Below, in pieces: positions 27,795-34,747 of a stretch of 64,000 nucleotides of DNA. Every line of letters starts with the position of its first letter. Position 1 is the first letter of the stretch. The notes under the pieces were generated by a model. That model was given only the letters and a program-made list of their open reading frames with translations. It was not told where the DNA came from and made no database searches. Source of the DNA: Solirubrobacteraceae bacterium (GTDB lineage Bacteria; Actinomycetota; Thermoleophilia; Solirubrobacterales; Solirubrobacteraceae); assembly GCA_036389155.1 (NCBI GenBank), contig DASVQN010000043.1, forward strand, positions 49,209-113,208, read 5' to 3'. Both the position numbers and the translations under genes were made by a program.

Positions 27795-27874
27795 TATCGA
27801 ACGCTTCGGGGCGGTCACTTGCGGGAAGGCTGCCGCCGGGGCCCCCACGCGATCAGGAGGAGAGACCCGACCCG

Positions 27875-28831
27875 ATGGCCGATCCAGGCGCACGTGAGCT
27901 GAAGCTCACCCAGTACCTCAACGAGGCGTACGGCAAGGAGAAGCAGCTGGAGACCGTTCTGCAGGCGCAGATCGGACTCGCGAAGGCTGCTGCCCGCAAG
28001 ACCCTGCAGAAGCGGCTGCAGGACCACCTGAAGGAGACCAAGGCGCAGTCGCGCGGCCTCGAGCGGCGCATCAAGCAGCTCGGCGGCAGGGCGGAGGCGC
28101 AGAGCCTCCCCGGCCCGGACATCGTGTCCGACGCGGCCTCCGGCGTCGCCAATGTCGCCAACAGGGCGCTCGCCGCCGCGAAGGGACCGGTGCAGGCGCT
28201 GCGCGGCACGAGCCCCGCGGACAACCTGCTGCGCAACGTGCGCGACGCGGTGTGGAACGAGGCCGAGGAGATCGCGCACTACGACGCGATCGAGGCGCTC
28301 GCCGAGACGCTGAACGACAAGGACACCGCGAAGCTCGCGCGCGAGTTCCGCCGCCAGGAAGAGCGCATGCAGAAGTTCCTGCGCGGCCAGATCGCGCAGC
28401 TCGTCAAGCAGGTCGTCAAGGACGAGGTGCCGGCGAAGGAGCGCTCGGGCAACGGCGGCACGTCGCGCCGCGCGTCGAGCTCGCGCTCGTCGTCGTCCGG
28501 CTCGTCCTCGCGGCCGTCGTCCTCGCGCGCGTCGTCGTCCGGCTCGTCCTCGCGCAAGTCGACCGGCTCGTCGTCGCGGCGCTCCGGCGCCGCCGGGAAG
28601 ACCGCAGCGGCCACGAAGGGCGGGCGCAAGTCGTCGAGCTCGTCGTCGCGCTCGCGGTCCGCGTCGTCGTCGTCGGGCTCCTCGCGCTCGTCGTCGCGCT
28701 CGTCGGGCTCCTCGGCGCGCAAGTCGAGCGGCACGTCGCGCAAGTCGAGCGGGACGTCGCGCCGCTCGTCCGGCGGCTCCTCGCGCCGCTCCTCCGGCGG
28801 CTCGTCGTCCGCGGGCGGCTCGAGCTCCTAG
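27875..28831 (+). CDS. DUF892 (YciE/YciF ferritin-like) stress protein with about 130-aa Ser/Arg-rich tail
   Basis: AGGAGGAG Shine-Dalgarno sequence. The N-terminal domain reads LTQYLNEAYGKEKQLETVLQ...HLKETKAQSRGLERRIKQLGG...EEIAHYDAIEALAE...EERM. The tail consists of SSSRSSSSGSSSRPSSSRASSSGSSSRK... units. Confidence 0.8.
   Translation: MADPGARELKLTQYLNEAYGKEKQLETVLQAQIGLAKAAARKTLQKRLQDHLKETKAQSRGLERRIKQLGGRAEAQSLPGPDIVSDAASGVANVANRALAAAKGPVQALRGTSPADNLLRNVRDAVWNEAEEIAHYDAIEALAETLNDKDTAKLAREFRRQEERMQKFLRGQIAQLVKQVVKDEVPAKERSGNGGTSRRASSSRSSSSGSSSRPSSSRASSSGSSSRKSTGSSSRRSGAAGKTAAATKGGRKSSSSSSRSRSASSSSGSSRSSSRSSGSSARKSSGTSRKSSGTSRRSSGGSSRRSSGGSSSAGGSSS
28440..28831 (+). repeat. imperfect in-frame tandem repeats encoding the Ser/Arg tail
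   Basis: tcgtcgtccggctcgtcctcgcg occurs twice. aagtcgagcggcacgtcgcgc and aagtcgagcgggacgtcgcgc are adjacent. cgctcgtccggcggctcctcgcgc and cgctcctccggcggctcgtcg are adjacent. Confidence 0.6.
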
Positions 28832-28885
28832 CTCCGTCGCGGCGCCGCCCGGCGCGGGGTCACCCCGCCGGGCGGCGCGCCGCGC

Positions 28886-29653
28886 TCACCCGCCGCCCAC
28901 GATGGCGGCCTGCAGGCGCCGCATCCCCGCCAGCCAGCGGTCGTAGTCCGACCCCTTGCGCTGGAAGAACGTGAGCACCTCGGGGTGCGGCAGGATCAGG
29001 AAGCGCTCGTCGCGCAGCGCCTCGACGACCGCGTCCGCGACCTGCTCGGGCTCGAGGATCGCGCCGGCCGCGCTCACCACCGCGGCCGCCTGCTCGCCCT
29101 CCTCGCCACCGGTCAGCAGCGGCGTGTTCACGCCCATCGGGCACAGGACGCTCACGCCGATCCCCTGATCGCCGTACGTCACCGAGAGCCACTCGGCGAA
29201 CGCGACCGCGCCGTGCTTGCTCACCGAGTACGCCGCCGACCCGATCTGCGTGAGCAGCCCCGCCGCCGAGGCCGTTGACAGGAAGTAGCCGCTCCCGCGC
29301 TCGAGCCAGCCGGGCACCAGGCGGCGCGCCGCGTAGACGTGCTGCATCACGTTGACGCCGATCGCCGCCTCGAACCCGTCGAGCATCGTGCCGCCGCCGA
29401 TCCCGGCGTTCGCGGCGAAGAGGTCCACCGGCCCGATCTCCCGCTCGACGCGGTCGATCAGCTCGCCGACCTGCCGCTCGTCGCTGACGTCGCACGTGAC
29501 GCCGAGGGCGCTCATCTCGGCACCGGCCTCCTCGGCGCCGCGCAGGTCGGCCACCGCGACCTTCGCCCCCTCCTCCGCGAAGCGCCACGCGAGCGCCTTC
29601 CCGATGCCCGACGCTCCGCCCGTGACGACGGCGACCTTTTCTGAGAGCTCCAT
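28886..29653 (-). CDS. short-chain dehydrogenase/reductase (SDR)
   Basis: TGGASGIGKA cofactor motif and YSVSKHG catalytic YxxxK. Confidence 0.9.
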   Translation of the reverse strand: MELSEKVAVVTGGASGIGKALAWRFAEEGAKVAVADLRGAEEAGAEMSALGVTCDVSDERQVGELIDRVEREIGPVDLFAANAGIGGGTMLDGFEAAIGVNVMQHVYAARRLVPGWLERGSGYFLSTASAAGLLTQIGSAAYSVSKHGAVAFAEWLSVTYGDQGIGVSVLCPMGVNTPLLTGGEEGEQAAAVVSAAGAILEPEQVADAVVEALRDERFLILPHPEVLTFFQRKGSDYDRWLAGMRRLQAAIVGGG

Positions 29654-29673
29654 TCCGGGGATGATGGCGGCGG

Positions 29674-31152
29674 ATGGGCGAAGAGGTCGCCGCGACCCAG
29701 TTCAGCCGGGAGGACCGACAGCGCTACCGCGACAAGGTCCACCGCTGCCTCGACGCGTTCGCGCGCATGCTCGCCGAGCACCGCTTCGAGGAGGACCGCA
29801 GCTCGTTCGGCCTCGAGATCGAGCTCAACCTGACGACGGACGACGGCCTGCCGTCGATGTGCAACGCCACCGTGCTCGAGCGCATCGCCGACGCCGACTT
29901 CCAGACCGAGCTCGCGCAGTTCAACGTCGAGATCAACGTCGCGCCCCGGCGGCTCGGCGGGAGCGTCCTCGGCGAGCTGGAGGAGGCGGTGCGCGGCACG
30001 CTCAACCGCGCTGAGGAGAGGGGCCGCGGCGCGGGCGCGCACATGATGCTGATCGGGATCCTCCCGACGATCGACGAGGCGCATCTCAACGCGGACACGC
30101 TCAGCGCCAACCCCCGCTACAAGCTGCTCAACGAGCAGATCTTCGCGGCCCGCGGCGAGGACCTTCACATCGACATCACCGGCCCCGAGCGGCTGAGCAC
30201 CTACGCGGACACGATCGCTCCGGAGGCGGCGTGCACGAGCGTGCAGCTGCACCAGCTCGTCGCGCCGGAGGATTTCCCCCGCCACTGGAACGCCGCACAG
30301 GCGATCGCCTCGATCCAGGTCGCGCTCGCCGCCAACTCCCCGTACTTCTTCGGCCGCGAGCTGTGGCGGGAGACGCGCATCGCGCTGTTCGAGCAGGCGA
30401 CGGACACGCGGCCGGAGGAGCTGAAGGCGCAGGGCGTGCGCCCGCGTGTGTGGTTCGGGGAGAAGTGGGCGACGTCGATCTTCGACCTCTTCGAGGAGAA
30501 CGTCCGCTACTTCCCGGCGCTGCTGCCCGCGATGTACGACGAGGAGCCGTTCGACGCGATGGCGGACGGGGTCACGCCGGCGCTCGGCGAGCTGCGCCTG
30601 CACAACGGCACGATCTACCGCTGGAACCGGCCGATCTACGACGTCGTCGACGCGTGCCCGCACCTGCGCGTCGAGAACCGCGTGCTGCCGGCGGGGCCGA
30701 CGGTGGCGGACATCGTCGCCAACGCCGCGCTCTACTACGGCCTGATCCGCGTGCTCGTCGACGAGGAGCGGCCGCTGTGGACGCGGATGTCGTTCTCGAC
30801 CGCCGAGGAGAACTTCCACGCGGCGGCGCGCGACGGGATCGACGCGCGCGTCTACTGGCCGGGCGTGGGCGAGGTGCCGGTGGCCGAGCTCGTGCTGCGG
30901 CGGCTGCTGCCGCTGGCGCACGAGGGGCTCGAGCGCTGGGGCGTCGACGCGGCCGACCGCGACCGGCTGCTCGGGATCATCGAGGGCCGCTGCCTCAGCC
31001 ACCAGAACGGGGCGTCGTGGCAGGCCGACGCCGTGCACGCGCTCGAGCGCGACGGCCGCTCGCGGGGCGAGGCGCTGCGCGAGATGACGCTGCGCTACCG
31101 CGAGCTCATGCACGCCAACGAGCCCGTGCACACGTGGCCGGCGCGGGGCTAG
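29674..31152 (+). CDS. glutamate-cysteine ligase family 2 (GCS2) / carboxylate-amine ligase-like protein
   Basis: 492 aa. FGLEIELNL and later blocks resemble the long actinobacterial GCS2 proteins. The family call is from memory only. Confidence 0.7.
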   Translation: MGEEVAATQFSREDRQRYRDKVHRCLDAFARMLAEHRFEEDRSSFGLEIELNLTTDDGLPSMCNATVLERIADADFQTELAQFNVEINVAPRRLGGSVLGELEEAVRGTLNRAEERGRGAGAHMMLIGILPTIDEAHLNADTLSANPRYKLLNEQIFAARGEDLHIDITGPERLSTYADTIAPEAACTSVQLHQLVAPEDFPRHWNAAQAIASIQVALAANSPYFFGRELWRETRIALFEQATDTRPEELKAQGVRPRVWFGEKWATSIFDLFEENVRYFPALLPAMYDEEPFDAMADGVTPALGELRLHNGTIYRWNRPIYDVVDACPHLRVENRVLPAGPTVADIVANAALYYGLIRVLVDEERPLWTRMSFSTAEENFHAAARDGIDARVYWPGVGEVPVAELVLRRLLPLAHEGLERWGVDAADRDRLLGIIEGRCLSHQNGASWQADAVHALERDGRSRGEALREMTLRYRELMHANEPVHTWPARG

Positions 31153-31192
31153 ACGCGCCGCCCCGTGCGGGACGGCGCGCGCGCCGCGTGGC

Positions 31193-31543
31193 CTACAGGT
31201 TCTGCTGGTAGGTGAAGGTGATGCGGCGCGAGCCCTTGCGGCACTTCACCTGCGCGTTGATCTCGGTCGAGATCCGGTTGCGTCGCTCGGAGCAGCTGTA
31301 GCCGTCGACGCGCTTGTTGCAGCGCCCGTCCTTGCCGCCGTTGTGGATGCGGCAGGAGTAGTGGTGCTTCTCCACGGTGCGGCCGCTGGCGCAGCTCGTG
31401 CCCTTGACGGACAGGCTCGTGAAGTACCCGTCACCGGGGTACTTGCCGGCCGAGCAGCTCTTGGCCGAGGCGGTGCCGGCACCGGCAAGAGCGACGACCG
31501 CGAGCGCGGCGAGCAGGGCGAGGGGAAGCAGACGTAGGCGCAT
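31193..31543 (-). CDS. small secreted Cys-rich protein (8 Cys in mature part)
   Basis: An AAGGAG Shine-Dalgarno sequence lies 7 nt before the ATG at 31543. Signal peptide MRLRLLPLALLAALAVVALAGAGTASA. The mature part is rich in K/R/C/G. Confidence 0.6.
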   Translation of the reverse strand: MRLRLLPLALLAALAVVALAGAGTASAKSCSAGKYPGDGYFTSLSVKGTSCASGRTVEKHHYSCRIHNGGKDGRCNKRVDGYSCSERRNRISTEINAQVKCRKGSRRITFTYQQNL

Positions 31544-31563
31544 CACATGACTCCTTGGGGTCA

Positions 31564-31584
31564 GGTTTCGAAGGTGCAGAAACC
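31564..31584 (-). terminator. hairpin directly after the deacetylase stop
   Basis: GGTTTC-gaaggtgca-GAAACC. Confidence 0.4.
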
Positions 31585-32342
31585 TAGCGACGGCCCGAAG
31601 TTGCGCGGAGCTCGCGAAGCAGGCGCTCCGGCGAGAAGTTGCCGTTGACGACCATCCTGTCGAGCGCGTAGGCGCCGTCGGCCGGCGAGGCGGCCCCGCG
31701 CCGCGTCGTCGTCGCGCCGAGGTAGCCAGCGTCGCGCACCGCGGCCTCCACGGCGGCGTCGTGGCGGCCGTACGGGTAGCAGAAGAAGTCGACCGGCTGG
31801 CGGGGGAACGCGCGCCGCAGCGCCTCCCGCGACCCGGCCACCTCCGCGCGCAGCGCGTCGGCGTCCACGGTCGTCAGGTCGGGGTGCGTGACCGAGTGGG
31901 CGCCGAGCTCCCAGCCGTCGCGCAGCATCCGCCGTACGCGGGCGCGTGTCAGCCCGCCGGCGACGCCGAGCCGGCGCGTCTGGAGGTTCAGCACGCCGGG
32001 CCAGCGCAGGCCCCGCAGCGCCACCGCCGCGTTGGAGTACTGGTCGGCGTAGCCGTCGTCGAAGGAGAGGATCACCGCCCGTTCGGGCAGCGGCGCGCCG
32101 TCCTGCCAGTGCCGCCACGCCCTTCCCAGCGTCACCGCCGTGTAGCCCGCCTGCCGCAGCGCCCGCACCTGCCGCGCGAACAGCCGCGGCGGGACGTAGA
32201 GCGCGGGCGAGGCGGCGCCCGCCGGCGGCGTCGCGACGTGGTGGTAGAGCAGGATCGGGACGGGCGTCTCGCGCTCGGCGCCCGCGGCGGGCGCGGCCGC
32301 GGCGAGCGCCGCGCAGAGCGCCGCCAGCGCGGCGCGCCTCAT
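31584..32342 (-). CDS. secreted polysaccharide deacetylase (CE4)
   Basis: CE4 motifs ILSFDDGYADQY, GAHSVTHPDL and FCYPYG, plus a signal peptide. It overlaps the upstream gene by ATGA. Confidence 0.85.
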   Translation of the reverse strand: MRRAALAALCAALAAAAPAAGAERETPVPILLYHHVATPPAGAASPALYVPPRLFARQVRALRQAGYTAVTLGRAWRHWQDGAPLPERAVILSFDDGYADQYSNAAVALRGLRWPGVLNLQTRRLGVAGGLTRARVRRMLRDGWELGAHSVTHPDLTTVDADALRAEVAGSREALRRAFPRQPVDFFCYPYGRHDAAVEAAVRDAGYLGATTTRRGAASPADGAYALDRMVVNGNFSPERLLRELRATSGRR

Positions 32343-33379
32343 GGCCGCGTGCCGGCCGCCAGGTTCGACATCGCCCGGTCGATGTGCCGCAGCAGGTAGG
32401 GCCCGAGCGTGGTGGCGAACACGCGCGTGAGGTGGGTCTCGTCCTTGTGGACAAGGGCCCCGCCGATGACCGGCAGGCACAGCCGCGAGCTGCACATGAA
32501 GCGCGTCATGTCGATCAGCTGCACGCGATGCGGGTCGGACCGCTGCGCGGCGACGATCGCCGGGTCCGGCTTGAGCGCGAACTCGCGCGGGACGGCGCAC
32601 TTCGGGCCGGCCGCGAGCTTCTTGCGGATCGCCCGGTCCACGCAGGCCATCGAGTTGCGCGAGTTCCGCGGGACGTCGCGGATCGAGAAGATGCGCTCGA
32701 CGGTCGGCGGCAGCTTGGCCAGCGCCTTCGTGTAGCCCTTGACGTGCGCCGCGTAGTCGTCCTTGGCGCCCACGACCGCGCCGCCGCTGTGGTTGGACGT
32801 GATGACCGTGTGGATCTCCGGGTGGTCGTCGAACCAGCGGAACAGCTGGCGCTTCCACCTGATGCACTTCGTCTTGCCCGGCTCGGGGAGGTCGGTGACC
32901 GCCGTCGACAGCGGGCACCCCGCCTTGGTGATCGACACGCCGTGCCAGCGGTTCCCCGCGACGACCGTGTCGATCGCCGCGCGCCAGTGCGCGGCGTGGC
33001 TGTCGCCGATGAGCGCGATCGTCTCCGTCGCCTCGGCCTCCGGCAGCCCGAACGAGCACGGGTTCAGCTCGCCGTCCTGGTTGCCCAGCGCGCACTCGGA
33101 GTTCGGCTCCAGGAGCGCGTCGAGCGGCTTCGGGAGGACCATCTTCGCCAGCTTGCGGTTGTGGCACGGCGTGACCGGATCGCGCGAGGCGGCCCCGAAG
33201 CAGCGCGGGTACTTCGGCGCCTTGGGCGCCTCCTCCGACCGGTCGGGCGGGCTCTGCGGATCCTCGGGCGCGGCCGTCTGCGCGGACGCCGACACGGCGG
33301 CGAACGCGAGCAGGGCAAGGACGATCAGGCTGAGGCGGGCCAGGCGCACCGGGCCAATATAAGAGGGACGCACGGACAT
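32339..33379 (-). CDS. secreted stand-alone SGNH hydrolase domain protein (like the C-terminal domain of acyltransferase-3 O-acetyltransferases)
   Basis: Block I is IALIGDSHAAHW, the DxxH block is KDETHLT, and there is an N-terminal signal/TM segment. Confidence 0.7.
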   Translation of the reverse strand: MSVRPSYIGPVRLARLSLIVLALLAFAAVSASAQTAAPEDPQSPPDRSEEAPKAPKYPRCFGAASRDPVTPCHNRKLAKMVLPKPLDALLEPNSECALGNQDGELNPCSFGLPEAEATETIALIGDSHAAHWRAAIDTVVAGNRWHGVSITKAGCPLSTAVTDLPEPGKTKCIRWKRQLFRWFDDHPEIHTVITSNHSGGAVVGAKDDYAAHVKGYTKALAKLPPTVERIFSIRDVPRNSRNSMACVDRAIRKKLAAGPKCAVPREFALKPDPAIVAAQRSDPHRVQLIDMTRFMCSSRLCLPVIGGALVHKDETHLTRVFATTLGPYLLRHIDRAMSNLAAGTRP

Positions 33380-33497
33380 CTCGGGCTCTAACCGCGCGAC
33401 CGCGCCGGAGTAGCGGCGCGCCGCGTTGCGCGACGGCGGTCACAGTACCCCCCGGGGGTATCGGATACAGTCGCACCAGAAAGGAAGGAGCCTCAAG

Positions 33498-34061
33498 ATG
33501 AACCGCCAGCTCACCAACCCCCGCCTCGGCGCCGTCCTCGCCGCGACCGCGGCGCTGGCCCTCGCGGCCACCGCTCCCGGCCAGGCCGACCAGGCGCGCC
33601 GCGGCGCGTCGCCCGTCGCCGGCAGCGCCAAGGCGCAGGTCGTCAGGACGGCCTCGGGCGACCTCGTCGCCAGGTCCGTCACCACCGGGCACCGCACCCG
33701 CCTCGCGCCGGGCATCGCGGCGAGCCTCGTCGACGTCGACGGCAACTACGTCGGCGTCTCCGGCCGCTTCGGCGACCGCATCGAGGTCCGCTCGATCGAC
33801 GCCCGCACCGGGCGCGTGACGCTGCGTGCCCGCACGCCGAACGTGCTCGCCCTCGAGGTCCGCCGCACCGGCACGCTGGTGTGGGTGGCTCAGCACGGCA
33901 CGAGCCGCTCGGTCCACGGGCGCAACGCCGGCGGCAGCCACGTCCTCGGGACCGGCACCGCCATCGACCCGCAGTCGCTCGCTGTCGCCGACAGCGACAC
34001 GACGACGGCCCACGTCTACTGGACCGACGGCGGCGTCCCCGCCACCGCGGCCATCGAGTAG
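33498..34061 (+). CDS. secreted hypothetical protein
   Basis: AAGGAAGGAG Shine-Dalgarno sequence before the ATG at 33498. Signal peptide MNRQLTNPRLGAVLAATAALALAATAPGQA. Confidence 0.55.
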   Translation: MNRQLTNPRLGAVLAATAALALAATAPGQADQARRGASPVAGSAKAQVVRTASGDLVARSVTTGHRTRLAPGIAASLVDVDGNYVGVSGRFGDRIEVRSIDARTGRVTLRARTPNVLALEVRRTGTLVWVAQHGTSRSVHGRNAGGSHVLGTGTAIDPQSLAVADSDTTTAHVYWTDGGVPATAAIE

Positions 34062-34073
34062 CGCAGCGACCGC

Positions 34074-34499
34074 CTAGGGCGCGGCCTTCTCCGTTCGGGA
34101 GGGGGCCTGCGCCCCGGGCGGGTGCAGCACGAAGGTCTCGACGCACAGGCCCTCGACCTCGGTGTCGATCGCGCTGGCGAACGCCTTGACCCGGCGGCCC
34201 GTCAGCCGCTCCACCGGCTCGCAGAACTCCTGCACGGCGGCGTACTGGAAGAACATCCGGGTGTCGCGCAGCCGCTGGTGCTCGCCCATCTTCACGAGGT
34301 TGCGCTCGGCGGGCGTCAGCGTGTCCTCCAGGACGACGGTGATGGTGTCCGGGCCCGCCCAGTTCGTGCGCGCGCGCGTCGGCCCGCGGCCGAACTGGTC
34401 CTTGAACAGGCGGACCATCTCGTTGGAGATCGCCTGCAGGACCGCGCCGTCGGCTTCGGCTTCGACTTCGACTTCGTTGTCGCTCGCGCGTGAGAGCAC
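34074..34499 (-). CDS. DUF2294 (PF10057/MpsC-like) protein, paralogue 1
   Basis: A GTG at 34499 follows GAGGAG-tgac. The sequence reads LQAISNEMVRLFKDQFGRGPTRARTNWAGPDTITVVLEDTLTPAERNLVKMGEHQRLRDTRMFFQY...VERLTGRRVKAF. Confidence 0.75.
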   Translation of the reverse strand: MLSRASDNEVEVEAEADGAVLQAISNEMVRLFKDQFGRGPTRARTNWAGPDTITVVLEDTLTPAERNLVKMGEHQRLRDTRMFFQYAAVQEFCEPVERLTGRRVKAFASAIDTEVEGLCVETFVLHPPGAQAPSRTEKAAP

Positions 34500-34700
34500 G
34501 TCACTCCTCGAAGGACATGGCTTCATCTGCTTCGAGGGACCGCGCAGACCCAGATGAGACGCGGGGCCGGCCTCGTTTGCTTCAGCGAACCGGCCGGGCC
34601 GCGCAGCCGCGGCAGGTTCGCGGCGCGCAGGATATCGCCGCCGCGGCGGGGGAAGACGGCGGCGCGGTGGTTCCCCGTGGCCGCCGACGAGGAGACCGAC

Positions 34701-34728
34701 GCGCGCCGAGCCGTGCGGCTCGGCGCGC
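34701..34728 (-). terminator. strong hairpin after the beta-helix gene
   Basis: GCGCGCCGAGCCG-tg-CGGCTCGGCGCGC, 20 nt downstream of the stop at 34748. Confidence 0.6.
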
Positions 34729-34747
34729 CCGGTCGGGGCGGCCGGTC

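Noticed and set aside
27795-27874. A possible SigB-type promoter (GCTTCG ... GGGAAG) upstream of the DUF892 gene.
   Set aside because: The match to any known -35/-10 consensus is too weak to support without transcription start site data.
28440-28831. Short tandem DNA repeats considered as a possible CRISPR array; the Gly-rich repeats at 53545..54450 were considered for the same reason.
   Set aside because: The repeats are in frame, imperfect and contiguous, with no unique spacers of regular length. They encode Ser/Arg or Gly runs inside well-supported CDSs. No cas genes are present.
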